64,000 nt of DNA from Sedimentisphaeraceae bacterium JB056 (GCA_044440125.1 JBITAJ010000015.1:1-64000); one strand, 5' to 3'. Shown: positions 28,768 to 39,711, counted from the first letter of the stretch. Numbers and translations: made by a program. Notes: a model not told the origin generated them from the letters alone.

Positions 28768-29672
28768 TGAGACATAGATCGAAAAAGAGAAACTCCGGTT
28801 TTTCACTTACAGAAGTGCTTATAGCCGCAGGAATCCTTACAATCGGCTTTATGCTTTTGCTTACTCTTTTCCCGTTGGGACTTAAGTTGACTGCAAAGTA
28901 TACCGAAGATACTCTTGCTATGCTTTCATATAGCGAGGTTCAATTAAATGCATCATCAATCGCGATGTCTGCTTTGACAAAACAAACTAATATACCTGCG
29001 ACCGGCTATATCGATTTTCGTGAACTTTACTGGGACGATAAAGATACTGATAATATTATTGATGACTTAGAAAGTGATTACATCGCAGATAACGGTGCTT
29101 ATGAGCTTTCTTATGATCCTTACCTTTTCATTTATCCGACCGTTTCTGATATGACCGACGAAGATAAAAAGTATAATTCTGCTATGATAATAGGTTTTTC
29201 TGACGGTAGTTATGCGGATACAATAATTTTTTCATGTCGGCGTCTGAGTTCTCTGGCAAGATTTCCTGCAATAATTAAAGAAGATGAGTTAATTAAGTTA
29301 GACGAAAATTCAACAAATAGACCATCGCTTCTATCATTTGATATTGATAATAATTTTGTGAATGACACAGAGATCGGTGATTGGGTTAGAATCACTGTCC
29401 CATCATCGGTTGCAGATATTACTGATTTTTCTCTTGGTTCTTATATCAATGTTGAGAGTATTATAATAGCTGATAATGACGGCACTCAATACAGAGTATT
29501 GGAAGTGCTTGATCCTTCAGTTGATGATGGTGAGTATTATATACGGCTTGATAAGAAGCTCACCGGGCAAGAGCGAGAAGCGTTTGGCAAGGTTTGGTTT
29601 GTTCCGCCTGCTGTTGGTGCAAGCCGTTCTGCTGCAGTTGACGTTATGCGTCAAAGGATCAGGATTAATTAA
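28764..29672 (+). CDS. Minor pilin, PilV/GspI-like
   Basis: SG|FSLTEVLIA..LFPLG. Confidence 0.75.
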   Translation: MMRHRSKKRNSGFSLTEVLIAAGILTIGFMLLLTLFPLGLKLTAKYTEDTLAMLSYSEVQLNASSIAMSALTKQTNIPATGYIDFRELYWDDKDTDNIIDDLESDYIADNGAYELSYDPYLFIYPTVSDMTDEDKKYNSAMIIGFSDGSYADTIIFSCRRLSSLARFPAIIKEDELIKLDENSTNRPSLLSFDIDNNFVNDTEIGDWVRITVPSSVADITDFSLGSYINVESIIIADNDGTQYRVLEVLDPSVDDGEYYIRLDKKLTGQEREAFGKVWFVPPAVGASRSAAVDVMRQRIRIN

Positions 29673-29673
29673 A

Positions 29674-30537
29674 ATGAAGCAAGTTAATAAAAGAGCCTTT
29701 ACAATAGTTGAACTGCTTCTTGCAGTTGGCCTGCTTGTTGCCATGATGGCAGTAAGTGTGGTGGTCTTTAAGGTTGCCATAGATGCACAGCAAAAAGCTA
29801 TTGCTATGGGTGACTATATGAGGACTATCACTTCTATAAAGACACAGATTAATAATGATTTTTCCTCTATTGATGAGAATGCTCCTTTTGCTGTCTGGTT
29901 TGACAGAAATGGTAATGACAGGATGTTCTTCTTTGGTACCGGATTCTTTGAGCAGCTTTCGGGTGGTAATCTTGATACTACATCGGATATATTTACATAT
30001 GGCTCGTTTCTCTATCTTATTGATGCGCCTTATGAATTACTCCGGGAGTTTAACGGTTGGGATCGGTATCAGGACGTGATTATCCCGGATGTCGCTTCCA
30101 ATGAGCGTGATGTTCTCGAAGCCAAACTCAATGCTTCTATAACGTACAATGAGAGCATGCCTTCAACTTATCAGTATTTGCTGAGTGACAAAATCAAGAG
30201 TTTTAAGATACAGATGCTTTATCGTACAGAGTTTGGAAAAGTTCGATGGTATCCTGAAGAAGACTCTTATCCATTGCTTGCCGGTGACTCGGATTACGAT
30301 CTTATGGGTGATAGTTTTGGTGTTTTCTTTAACATACCAGCCGCTAATTCCGGTAACTTCTATCCGCCTGAAGATCTTTCTGTAAGACTGATTCTGGCAG
30401 ATGGCACACTTGATAATGCTGTGAATTTTGATATGGGATACAAACCTCTGGCTTTTAAGTTCACCATAACGCTTACCGACCCTGATCAGAAGCTGGAAGA
30501 TAAAAAATTCACTTATGTAGTGGATCTTTCGCTTTAG
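29674..30537 (+). CDS. Minor pilin, PilW/GspJ-like
   Basis: Start at MKQVN; RA|FTIVELLLAV. Confidence 0.75.
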   Translation: MKQVNKRAFTIVELLLAVGLLVAMMAVSVVVFKVAIDAQQKAIAMGDYMRTITSIKTQINNDFSSIDENAPFAVWFDRNGNDRMFFFGTGFFEQLSGGNLDTTSDIFTYGSFLYLIDAPYELLREFNGWDRYQDVIIPDVASNERDVLEAKLNASITYNESMPSTYQYLLSDKIKSFKIQMLYRTEFGKVRWYPEEDSYPLLAGDSDYDLMGDSFGVFFNIPAANSGNFYPPEDLSVRLILADGTLDNAVNFDMGYKPLAFKFTITLTDPDQKLEDKKFTYVVDLSL

Positions 30538-30632
30538 ATTGATTTGATGTCTTGGATTTCAGGCAAGGCAGTGAATTTTGATTAAACCCTGATAAAACCA
30601 AATCGCATTCATTTAATGAGATTGGAATTATT

Positions 30633-33600
30633 ATGAACAATTTTGATAAACAATTTAACAACCGCAGCGGTTCGGCACTCATTATTGTCGTAGTCATGGT
30701 GGTATTGCTTGCCATTGTGGGATTTACTTTTGTAATGATCGCCAGACTTGACGCGATAGGAGCTGGTTCTCTTTCTAAATCACAGGAAATGGAAGCGGCA
30801 ACCAAAAACCTCATTTCGCAGATAGCTGAAGTTATAGCTGACGATGTTTATAGCGGGCAGGGACAGGGATATGATTATGCTGATCCCAATAATCAATGGC
30901 TTGCGTCGATAGAGCCTTATTATTACGAGCCGGATGATAGCGTCAATATCAACAATAAATATAGGTGGCAAAGGATTAGTGATGTTTTTGGCATATTAGA
31001 AGCTGAAGATATAAATGTTACAAATGTTTATGCTGATCCTAAAGGCTGGTCTGATGCTACAAATAATTCACGTGAATTGATTGATGAATATCAGACAATT
31101 TATGTTGCTCCTGTAGATGACTATGAACCGGAGAATGATGCTGACTTAATGTTAGAGGCTCCTAATGCTCCTGACGATGATGATAGCGGCAACTATCTTA
31201 CGGGGGAATTGCTCAAAGGCAGGCAATATGATGCAAATGACAAGGGTTGTGAAGTAGGTATGTTTCAGGGCCAGTGGGCTGATGCAGACGGTGATGGAGT
31301 TGCTGATTCCAAGTGGTTCGCTGTACCCGGAATGAAAACCAGCGATGGACAGAATTATTATGCCGCAGTGAGAATAATAGACAACAGTGGTATGATAAAT
31401 GTCAATACTTCTTATAAAGATGATAGGCCTGACTATGATGCCTTGGATCAACATCTCTTTTACGGAGAAAGCCAGCTGAGTGTTAATCTTGGCGGTGTTA
31501 TACATCCAGGCGATGATATTGACTATCTCTTTGAACAAAGAGGAGCAGGTCTTGATGGTAACGATGATCTGGAGTGGACAACATATAAACAAGAAGTAGT
31601 GGACAGACTTTCAAACCTTTCAAAAGATGAGAACTATAAAATATTCGGTATTTCCGATGAACTTTCATTGCGCAACAGATTCTGTATAAATGCCGGAATA
31701 GACAGCAGGCTGGAGCAGATATTGCCTGATACTCTCAATGGTCAGTGGGGAAGTAAAGCACGTCCATTTATGGGTGGAGAGGACGGCACATTCCTTGAGT
31801 GGGCAGTTGCTGTAACAGGTGGCGGAACGGCAGTGTTGACTCCTGTGGACCCTGATGTTAGACATATGCTTACTGTTATGAGTAAGTCGAGGGAAATTAC
31901 ACCTGTCCAGATACAGGCGGCTGACCTTTCAGATGGTATGCAGGTTCTTGAAGGAAGGCGCAAGGCCTATATAAAGCCTGTAGAACAGACTGTAACAGTA
32001 GAAGGCCAGAGCCTTGAACAGTTGGCGGGTAATATATACTATGCGATAAAAGATACTGACTTAACAGGTCGTTTGGGAGATTACGAAGTTGATGGCGGTT
32101 CTATGACAAAAGAGCAAATGGCGGTTCGTTCTGCATGGCACTTTGCTCTGAATCTCATCGATTATCAATATGAAGATGCCGGTGAGGATGATTTGCCTTC
32201 TTATGCCAGAGTTAATGACAAAACGTATTTTGGCTTTGAGGGTATTGATGCCTTGCTTGATGATACTTTGATTGTATCGGAGTACGCGTATTATAAAAAT
32301 ACAAGTCCGGGTGATCTCAGCTATAATCCGGCTCTAAAACCAAATAGAGCATATTATATGCTCGAAATATATAATCCATCTCCAAATGCCAAGGAGATAA
32401 CCCTGCTTAATGATTACAAAATAACAGTTATAAAGGAAGCGGGTACGGTTGAGAGAACTTTCTCTTTGTATAACGATATCTTCAGTGCAACAAATACATC
32501 AATTCCGGCTGATGATACTATACTTATAGCGAGTGATCTTGGCGACAGTAACGATGCGTTTGGAATTGCGGCTGATTATGAAGACAGCTCACTGAAATTC
32601 GCACAGACAGATATCGTCTTGGTTCATAAGCTTGACTGGCCTGTTACAATCGTTGGTGATGAAGTTGATATGCCTGTCGACAGGTGCAGTATAACATTGG
32701 ATCTTGGAGATGTGGCAACTCTTGTAGGTGCCCAGAGACGTGATGAGTTTGTTGAGGACTCAGGCCTGCTTATGCCTGCCGAATCTGATCTTAGGTGGGA
32801 ATCATATATAATTACGCCTAATACATTGGGTTCTCCTCCTGTAATACGAAATACTATCGATCTTGATCTCGAAATTGCCAATGATGATATCTTTAATATT
32901 GGCGAGATAGAAAACGTGTTTGCTGTAGGTGCTTACAGCGATTCAGATGTAGTTAATGATATCCCGTTTATATCAGCTATTGAAAAATCTGCAAATAAAC
33001 TTGGAGACAGCTACCCACTTAAGAGTTGGGGCAGATTTGATATTACTGACAGTGATATTCAAGGGCTTTTCAATTACCTTACCGCTTTTAATCCATCGTT
33101 TGATGATTTGGATACGGACAATGACCTGTTGACTTCGGACAGACCTCTCAATGATTTAATTGATAATGACAGCGATGGTACAATTGATAATGCGGGTGAA
33201 GAAGAACCGCGTTATTACGAAACATTGGTTCATGGACGAATCAATATTAATACTGCTCCTCAGCAGGTGCTTGAGCAGCTCCCATGGGCAGCAACAGATA
33301 TTGACGCTTCGGAGCTTGCCGCATCAATTGTTGCGAGACGCGACGGACGCGAATTGTTTGATACTGACGGTAACTCAATTACTGATTATTCAGATAAGAG
33401 TAAAGGTTTTAAGAACATTGCACAGCTCATAGATGTCACGTATGACAGTGACACTAATTATGATATTCAGACTTATGTAAATGATGGAGTTGATCTTAAC
33501 GATTACCCTGATTTTACAGATGATGAACTGGTTGATGATTATGAAGAGAGAGATATTCTTTTCCAGAGAGTTAGCAATTGCATAACAACTGAAAGTGATA

Positions 33601-33743
33601 TTTTTACTGCTTATATACTTCTGCGTGCAGGTGCGGAAGGAGAGCAAAGCAGAGTTGCAGTCATCTATGATCGATCAAAAGTATATGAAGAAGGCGATAT
33701 GCCGAAAATTACTATCCAGCAAGCTTCTTTGCTCGGAAAATAA
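30633..33743 (+). CDS. Large PilX/GspK-like protein
   Basis: SG|SALIIVV (no Glu5); GMINVNT and GRININTAP..VLEQLP (GspK-like HhH region); several DxDxDG Ca-binding loops. Confidence 0.75.
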   Translation: MNNFDKQFNNRSGSALIIVVVMVVLLAIVGFTFVMIARLDAIGAGSLSKSQEMEAATKNLISQIAEVIADDVYSGQGQGYDYADPNNQWLASIEPYYYEPDDSVNINNKYRWQRISDVFGILEAEDINVTNVYADPKGWSDATNNSRELIDEYQTIYVAPVDDYEPENDADLMLEAPNAPDDDDSGNYLTGELLKGRQYDANDKGCEVGMFQGQWADADGDGVADSKWFAVPGMKTSDGQNYYAAVRIIDNSGMINVNTSYKDDRPDYDALDQHLFYGESQLSVNLGGVIHPGDDIDYLFEQRGAGLDGNDDLEWTTYKQEVVDRLSNLSKDENYKIFGISDELSLRNRFCINAGIDSRLEQILPDTLNGQWGSKARPFMGGEDGTFLEWAVAVTGGGTAVLTPVDPDVRHMLTVMSKSREITPVQIQAADLSDGMQVLEGRRKAYIKPVEQTVTVEGQSLEQLAGNIYYAIKDTDLTGRLGDYEVDGGSMTKEQMAVRSAWHFALNLIDYQYEDAGEDDLPSYARVNDKTYFGFEGIDALLDDTLIVSEYAYYKNTSPGDLSYNPALKPNRAYYMLEIYNPSPNAKEITLLNDYKITVIKEAGTVERTFSLYNDIFSATNTSIPADDTILIASDLGDSNDAFGIAADYEDSSLKFAQTDIVLVHKLDWPVTIVGDEVDMPVDRCSITLDLGDVATLVGAQRRDEFVEDSGLLMPAESDLRWESYIITPNTLGSPPVIRNTIDLDLEIANDDIFNIGEIENVFAVGAYSDSDVVNDIPFISAIEKSANKLGDSYPLKSWGRFDITDSDIQGLFNYLTAFNPSFDDLDTDNDLLTSDRPLNDLIDNDSDGTIDNAGEEEPRYYETLVHGRININTAPQQVLEQLPWAATDIDASELAASIVARRDGRELFDTDGNSITDYSDKSKGFKNIAQLIDVTYDSDTNYDIQTYVNDGVDLNDYPDFTDDELVDDYEERDILFQRVSNCITTESDIFTAYILLRAGAEGEQSRVAVIYDRSKVYEEGDMPKITIQQASLLGK

Positions 33744-33959
33744 TTGACTTTATATATATTTTTTTCAATCAAGTAACTGTTTTTTTGTATTGGAAGCAGA
33801 CCGTCTATATTTAATTGGATGACCTTGTTGGAGCATGAATTATTATGGTTGATATTGGTTGATTGTGTATAGTTAAGTTCTTTGTTGTGAATGTTTTAAG
33901 TTTATTGATGACAAAAAGGAGAATGTTGCGTATATTTAATAGGTTGGGAGATTATTCTT

Positions 33960-33987
33960 TTGACAATTTTAGCTTCATGCTTATAAT
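33960..33987 (+). promoter_or_regulatory. Consensus sigma70 promoter of the kinase operon
   Basis: TTGACA-16-TATAAT. Confidence 0.65.
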
Positions 33988-34039
33988 TTCGTCTTTTTTG
34001 CGGAAGTTTTAACTTTACCTATTAAAGCAGCATCCAGAT

Positions 34040-34855
34040 ATGCAGATACCCGGTTTTACAATACGTGAAAAGTTAGGAACAGGTGCAAGAAGCACTATTT
34101 ACAAGGCCAGCGACGACCAGACAGGGCAAATTGTTGCTCTCAAGCGGGTTGTTTTGGAACAAGCTGAAGATGCGCGCGTATTTGAGCAGATGGAAACTGA
34201 ACTTAAAGTTTCTAAAAACATCGATCATAAATTCATTCGCAAATGTTATAAGATAATCAGAAGACGAAAACTTCTTAAGACCAGTGAGATATTGATGACT
34301 ATGGAGATGGTTGAAGGTGTTTCTCTTGAACGCTCCAAGAGCTTGAGTCTTATAGATATAATGGTTGTTTTCAGAATGGTAACCGAGGGTCTCAATGCGA
34401 TGCATCAGGCAGGATATGTGCATTGCGATATGAAGCCAAATAACATTATGATTAATTTGCCTAAGGCTGAAGTTAAAATCATTGATCTTGGTCAAAGCTG
34501 CGAAATGGGTACTGTAAAGACTCGCATACAGGGAACACCTGATTATATAGCTCCCGAGCAGGTACGTAAGCAGCCCCTTACTCATCGAACTGATATCTTC
34601 AATCTTGGGGCAACATTTTACTGGGCGATGACTGGAAAGAATGTTCCGACATTGATACCTCAGAAGAATGAACTTGGCGCAATAGCGAAGGTGCCTCAGG
34701 CTCTACCGCCGGCTCAGATATATCGCAAGATACCTCTGGCTCTGTCAAATCTTGTAATGGAATGCGTACAGGATAATCCGGCAGAGAGACCGTCAAGTAT
34801 GGGAGATATTATTGCAAGGCTTGACGTGATAATCCACGATGTAATGGGGTATTAG
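34040..34855 (+). CDS. Hanks-type Ser/Thr protein kinase (stand-alone catalytic domain)
   Basis: LGTGARSTIY, VALK, HCDMKPNN, IIDLG, GTPDYIAPE, DIFNLG. Confidence 0.93.
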   Translation: MQIPGFTIREKLGTGARSTIYKASDDQTGQIVALKRVVLEQAEDARVFEQMETELKVSKNIDHKFIRKCYKIIRRRKLLKTSEILMTMEMVEGVSLERSKSLSLIDIMVVFRMVTEGLNAMHQAGYVHCDMKPNNIMINLPKAEVKIIDLGQSCEMGTVKTRIQGTPDYIAPEQVRKQPLTHRTDIFNLGATFYWAMTGKNVPTLIPQKNELGAIAKVPQALPPAQIYRKIPLALSNLVMECVQDNPAERPSSMGDIIARLDVIIHDVMGY

Positions 34856-34856
34856 A

Positions 34857-35705
34857 ATGGCAGAGCAGGCTATTGAAGTTTTCAAAAAAGTTGCTGCTCT
34901 TAATAAGGCAGACAAATGCCGTGAGGGGAATGTAATTAAATTGCCTGCTGAGGGCAGGCTTATAGTTACAGGTGATTTGCATGGTAATATATGGGGCTTT
35001 GAGCAGGTTGTTAAATATGCAGACCTTGCCAATAATCCTGACACTCATATTATATTTCAGGAAATAATACACGGCGGCCCGCAAGACTGCGAAGGCGGCT
35101 GTTTGTCATTTAAACTGCTTATCAAAATAGCATCACTCAAGGTAGAATTTCCTGATAATGTCCATATTATTATGGGCAACCACGATCTTTCGGCGATAAA
35201 GGATACAGAGGTTCTCAGAGGCGGCAAAGAGATGACCGGTTCTTTTAATTCCGGCATCAGACGCTGTTTTGGTGATAGGTATGAAATGGTTCTGTTGGCA
35301 ATGAGACAGATGCTTTTTTCACAGCCTCTCGCTGTTAAAACCCATAACGGCATTTTTATTTCTCATTCTCTTCCTGCTGACAGGTTCGCTGATGTTTTCG
35401 AACCGGAGGTTCTTGAAAGAGATTTGAAGATAACTGATATAAATCGTCCCAACTCCGCTTATCTGCTTCTATGGGGCAGAGATCAGAGTCCGCAGTTGTT
35501 AGAGGATCTTTCGGATATGCTTGATGCAAGATTGTTTGTGGTAGGACATCAAAAGCAAGATGATGGGTTTAAGAAAGTAGAACCTAATATGCTTATACTT
35601 GCATGCGATCATAATAATGGTTGTATAGCTGAGATAGATCTTGCAACCGAGTATGATCTTGACAGCCTATGCAATCAGGTTAAGAAGCTTTACGATCTTG
35701 GCTGA
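34857..35705 (+). CDS. Calcineurin-like metallophosphoesterase (putative Ser/Thr phosphatase)
   Basis: GDLHG, GNHD, SHS, LLW, VVGH. Confidence 0.82.
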   Translation: MAEQAIEVFKKVAALNKADKCREGNVIKLPAEGRLIVTGDLHGNIWGFEQVVKYADLANNPDTHIIFQEIIHGGPQDCEGGCLSFKLLIKIASLKVEFPDNVHIIMGNHDLSAIKDTEVLRGGKEMTGSFNSGIRRCFGDRYEMVLLAMRQMLFSQPLAVKTHNGIFISHSLPADRFADVFEPEVLERDLKITDINRPNSAYLLLWGRDQSPQLLEDLSDMLDARLFVVGHQKQDDGFKKVEPNMLILACDHNNGCIAEIDLATEYDLDSLCNQVKKLYDLG

Positions 35706-35716
35706 CGGTATATCTT

Positions 35717-36928
35717 ATGAGTATTGAAGCGGTTTATATAATAACAACACTTCTTGTAAGCAGTCAAATATTGTTTATGTTTTTCGTAATCAAAAATGCG
35801 AGATTTGTAATCAAGAAATCTGCTGAGAAACGTGATTCGTTTGTTCCCAAAACACTTCTTACTGTACCGTGCAAGGGTCTTGATACTGGTTTTGAAGATA
35901 ATATAAAATCATTTTTTGTGATTGATTATGCTGACTATTATTTGAATTTTGTTGTAGAGAGCAAGGATGATGACGCTTATGACGTTTTGCTCCAAATGAA
36001 AGAAGAGTATGCTTCAAGGACAAAGGCCAGGGAAGTCAATATTCTAATAGCCGGCGTTGCTGAGAAGGGGAGTCAGAAAAATCATAATTTGCTTCATTCA
36101 ATCTCTGTAAGCGGCGGTGATAAAGAAGTATTCGCATTTGCCGATTCGGATGCCAGGCCGCGTGTAGACTGGCTTAGTCATCTTGTTTATCCTCTCAATA
36201 GACACAAAACGGGAGCATCAAGCGGCTATAGATGGATAGTTCCGGCAAAGCATAATTTTGCTACCTTGCTTCTTTCCAGTGCTAATTCCAAGGTTGCACA
36301 GTTTCTTGGGAAGAGTATATTCAATCAGGCATGGGGCGGTTCCATGGCTATAAAAAGGGAGATGTTTTATCAACTGCACATTGATAAGTTGTGGGATACG
36401 TGCATCAGTGATGATCTCTCTTTGACTTATGCTGTTAACAATGCCGGTTACAGGTTGCGTTTTTCTCCAGGCTGTCTTGTTGCTACATATGAGCAGACAA
36501 CTATGTCTGGATTATTTGAGTTTGCCAGACGTCAGTTTCTGATAACGAGAAAGTCGGCTTTTGGTATATGGTTTATCGGCTTGTTCTCAAATATCTATTC
36601 CGTTATTGGAATTTGGGTAAGCCTTATTATGGCTTTTTACTTTCTGAATAGCAGGCCGAATTTTGCGTTGCCGCTTTTCATTACTTCCGGAGTGTTTATT
36701 GTCTGTCAGCTTATAAGGGTTTTTATAAGGCAGCATATTGCAAGCAGTATTCTTGTTTCACATGAGAAGCAGCTTAAAAAAGCCGCTGTTTTTGATTATA
36801 TGACTTCTGCGGTAGGCTCGATTTTTATGCTTATTTTCATAATAAGCTCGGCCTTCGGATCTAAGATAGTCTGGAGAGGCACAAAGTATAAGATTGTCAG
36901 TGCAACCAAGACAGAACGAATCGATTGA
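35717..36928 (+). CDS. Membrane GT2/GT21 glycosyltransferase (ceramide glucosyltransferase/HpnI-like)
   Basis: N-terminal TM; PCKG, KNHNL, FADSD, WGGSMA, SDD, RRQF, IVWRG; C-terminal TMs. Confidence 0.85.
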   Translation: MSIEAVYIITTLLVSSQILFMFFVIKNARFVIKKSAEKRDSFVPKTLLTVPCKGLDTGFEDNIKSFFVIDYADYYLNFVVESKDDDAYDVLLQMKEEYASRTKAREVNILIAGVAEKGSQKNHNLLHSISVSGGDKEVFAFADSDARPRVDWLSHLVYPLNRHKTGASSGYRWIVPAKHNFATLLLSSANSKVAQFLGKSIFNQAWGGSMAIKREMFYQLHIDKLWDTCISDDLSLTYAVNNAGYRLRFSPGCLVATYEQTTMSGLFEFARRQFLITRKSAFGIWFIGLFSNIYSVIGIWVSLIMAFYFLNSRPNFALPLFITSGVFIVCQLIRVFIRQHIASSILVSHEKQLKKAAVFDYMTSAVGSIFMLIFIISSAFGSKIVWRGTKYKIVSATKTERID

Positions 36929-36938
36929 TTCGTTAATC

Positions 36939-37008
36939 AGCAGGCAGTAAGCAGATCGCAGAAACTGTCAAAATTGACTGCTTGCCACTCACTGCTTACT
37001 GCTCACTG
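36939..37008. repeat. 7-nt-periodic inverted arms between convergent genes
   Basis: AGCAGGC AGTAAGC AGATCGC AG ... CTGCTTG CCACTCA CTGCTTA CTGCTCA CTG. Confidence 0.8.
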
Positions 37009-37018
37009 TTTTATTGCA

Positions 37019-38110
37019 TTACTTTATCTCGTCATTAATATAACCGAGAAGCTCTTTCAGGTCATCCATATTTATATCACCCATATGAGCGATACGGAAT
37101 GTTTCCTGTTTGAGTTTACCGTATCCGTTGCCGAATGCGATATTATATTTATCCTTGATAGCATTGATCACAGTTGCCACGTCTATGCCGCGGGTGTTCT
37201 TTACGGTTGTAAGAGTATTTGAAGCATACTTCTCTTCTTCAGCAAAGAGGCCGAAGTTCTCTTTTGCCCAGCCGCGAACATATTCTGCCATTGCCTTATG
37301 CCTTGCACATACATTATCCATGCCTTCCTCTACAAGCTTCTTGCACTGGAAGTTGAGAGCCATTATCTGGGGAATAGCAGGGGTTGTAGGTGTCTGGTTC
37401 TTTTCCGCTGTCTTTGCGTACTGCATCAGATCGAAGTAGTAGCCGCGGTTAGGTACCTGCGGGCACTTCTCCATTGCACGATTGCTTACAGCGAAGATAG
37501 CAAGTCCTGGCGGGATAGCGAATGCTTTCTGAACTGATGCGAAAGCCATATCCCATCCGAGCTTATCAAACTCGAGCGGAAGGCCTGACATTGCACTTAC
37601 GCAGTCAACGAATACCAGAACATCCGGGTATTTTGCTTTAAGCATTTCTGATATTTCGTAAACAGGATTGGTAACGCCGGTGCTTGTTTCGTTGTATACG
37701 AATGTTACAGCAGCATAGTTGCCTTCAGAAAGCTTCTGGTCGATTATTTCAGCAGTGAATGCCTTGCCCCAGTCGATCTTGAAATCCTCTACCTGCTTGC
37801 CGCATGCTTTGGCAACTGAAGAGAACTTGTCGCTGAAAGCTCCACAGCCGCAGCAAAGAACTTTCTCATCGTCTTTTACAAGACTTCTCATTGATGCTTC
37901 CCAGCCGCCTGAGCCGCTCGATGTTACGAGGAATACGTTCTGTTCGGTGCTGAGTACTGTCTTGAGCATATCAACAGTCTCGCCGTGAAGAACGGAGTAC
38001 TCTTTGGCTCTATGGCCTAAAGTATAACGCGAAAGTTGCTCATATACCTCCGGTACCACGTGTACAGGGCCGGGGATAAACAGTTTTGGAGGATTTTTCC
38101 AGTCTGTCAT
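37019..38110 (-). CDS. Class V PLP aminotransferase (serine/alanine-glyoxylate or phosphoserine type)
   Basis: FIPGP, NETSTGV, VDCVS, SVQKAF (PLP lysine), FRIAHMG. Confidence 0.88.
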   Translation of the reverse strand: MTDWKNPPKLFIPGPVHVVPEVYEQLSRYTLGHRAKEYSVLHGETVDMLKTVLSTEQNVFLVTSSGSGGWEASMRSLVKDDEKVLCCGCGAFSDKFSSVAKACGKQVEDFKIDWGKAFTAEIIDQKLSEGNYAAVTFVYNETSTGVTNPVYEISEMLKAKYPDVLVFVDCVSAMSGLPLEFDKLGWDMAFASVQKAFAIPPGLAIFAVSNRAMEKCPQVPNRGYYFDLMQYAKTAEKNQTPTTPAIPQIMALNFQCKKLVEEGMDNVCARHKAMAEYVRGWAKENFGLFAEEEKYASNTLTTVKNTRGIDVATVINAIKDKYNIAFGNGYGKLKQETFRIAHMGDINMDDLKELLGYINDEIK

Positions 38111-38202
38111 AAACTTAATCTCCTGCATTAAATGCGTTTTTATATTATAGTTTTAAGTGACTGCTGTCTATGTACCTCTACATTTGGCAGCATGTTTCTA
38201 AT

Positions 38203-39510
38203 TTAATACTTATTAATCGTGAAACCTGTGAATATCTTCGGATAGAAGAACGTAGATTTCTGCGGCATCTTTTCACCCGCATCGGCTACGGCCTTGACCT
38301 GCTCAACCGGTGTTGGGTTCATAAAGAACACAACCTGACTCTTTCCGCTGTCAACGCTTGCTATCGAACGGTCTATCGCATCACCAATGTCCTTGATGTA
38401 TTTCAGGTTGCTCTGGCTTGCGAGCTGTTTGTCGCCTATGCCGAGAATGCCGTCAAGTATCAGTCTGTGAAGTACCCATACATCAAGTCTTTGTGAGGCT
38501 TCGCTGAGTTCCGGAGCCGCATTTTTGATTGAGTCAGTGCTTTTAAGTTTGACTTTATAGAAAGAGTCATCATTACCGTAAACACCAAATGAGTTGAGAC
38601 CGGCATCATAATCAGCGAGCAAGTCTTTGAACATTTCATCTTTTGCTTTTTGCTTGTCGCCGTCAGCAAAACTGTATTCGATTATTTCGAACATCTGTCC
38701 CATGGCTGTGATCAGAAGGCCCATATCGAAACCTTCCAGATTGCTTACAAGCCTGTGTGTTGGAAGAACTACCAGACCTTCGTTGTGCATATTGACAAAT
38801 GTCATCATGCAATACTCAGCAGATGGCTTCTTTGTTTCGTTGTAGTAGTTCAGGGCTGTTTCATATCTGTGGTGGCCGTCAGCAATAACGGGTGCTTTGT
38901 CGGCCATCATGTCGATAATAGCCTGCTTCTTCGCATCGTCTGTTATCGCGTAGATTTTGTGAGTTACATTTTCTTCATCAAGAAGACTTATAAGCGGCTC
39001 ACCCTGGGCGGCTTCTGCTATGATAGCATCGGCAACAGTTTGGGGATCATCATAGAGCATGAATATCTGGCCGAACTGGGCACCTGTTGCACGTGTAAGA
39101 TTGAGCCTGTCGGCTTTGGGGCCGTCGAGAGTCTTTTCATGCGGCTGAACACCTTCGCCGAAAGCGGCAAGCCTGCCAAGAGCGATGAATCCGCTTCTTG
39201 TGAAATCACGGCCGGCGGCTGAGAAGTTCTGAACGTATGCGTAGATTGTTTCTTCGGCATCTTCTTTTATCGCGTTTTTTGCGATCCAGTCGTTGAGGTA
39301 ATTGGCGGCACGCGAGTAAACGTTGTCTTGCTCGTTGTCTGTGTCGAACTTTTTGCCCTTGATTAGTCGGGCGATATTGTAGTCGTTCTTTTCGTAAAGA
39401 GCCTGCTGACCCTCAGCATCAATCACATCATATGGAGGAGCGATGCAGTCGGCACTGCTGCCTACCACCGAATCATCAAATCTGTATGCCTTAAAAGCTT
39501 TAATCTTCAT
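38203..39510 (-). CDS. DUF1015 family protein
   Basis: APPYDVI, PHEKT, IADGHHRYETA, PTHRL, MPQKSTFFYPK. Confidence 0.9.
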   Translation of the reverse strand: MKIKAFKAYRFDDSVVGSSADCIAPPYDVIDAEGQQALYEKNDYNIARLIKGKKFDTDNEQDNVYSRAANYLNDWIAKNAIKEDAEETIYAYVQNFSAAGRDFTRSGFIALGRLAAFGEGVQPHEKTLDGPKADRLNLTRATGAQFGQIFMLYDDPQTVADAIIAEAAQGEPLISLLDEENVTHKIYAITDDAKKQAIIDMMADKAPVIADGHHRYETALNYYNETKKPSAEYCMMTFVNMHNEGLVVLPTHRLVSNLEGFDMGLLITAMGQMFEIIEYSFADGDKQKAKDEMFKDLLADYDAGLNSFGVYGNDDSFYKVKLKSTDSIKNAAPELSEASQRLDVWVLHRLILDGILGIGDKQLASQSNLKYIKDIGDAIDRSIASVDSGKSQVVFFMNPTPVEQVKAVADAGEKMPQKSTFFYPKIFTGFTINKY

Positions 39511-39711
39511 AATGTCTCTTATATCTTTTTAGTTTAGGCTAAAGTTGAAAGAAGGCAACTTACGCTGTTGCCGGACTTTAGCTTATTCTACGAACTTATT
39601 GTTTTACACTAACACTGAAAAAGTGCAATTTTATCACAAAAACCCTGCTGTTCAATAAAAAATTGCATTATTTGTTCTATGTTTTGCGGATTCTTTCATC
39701 GTGCTTTTTAA

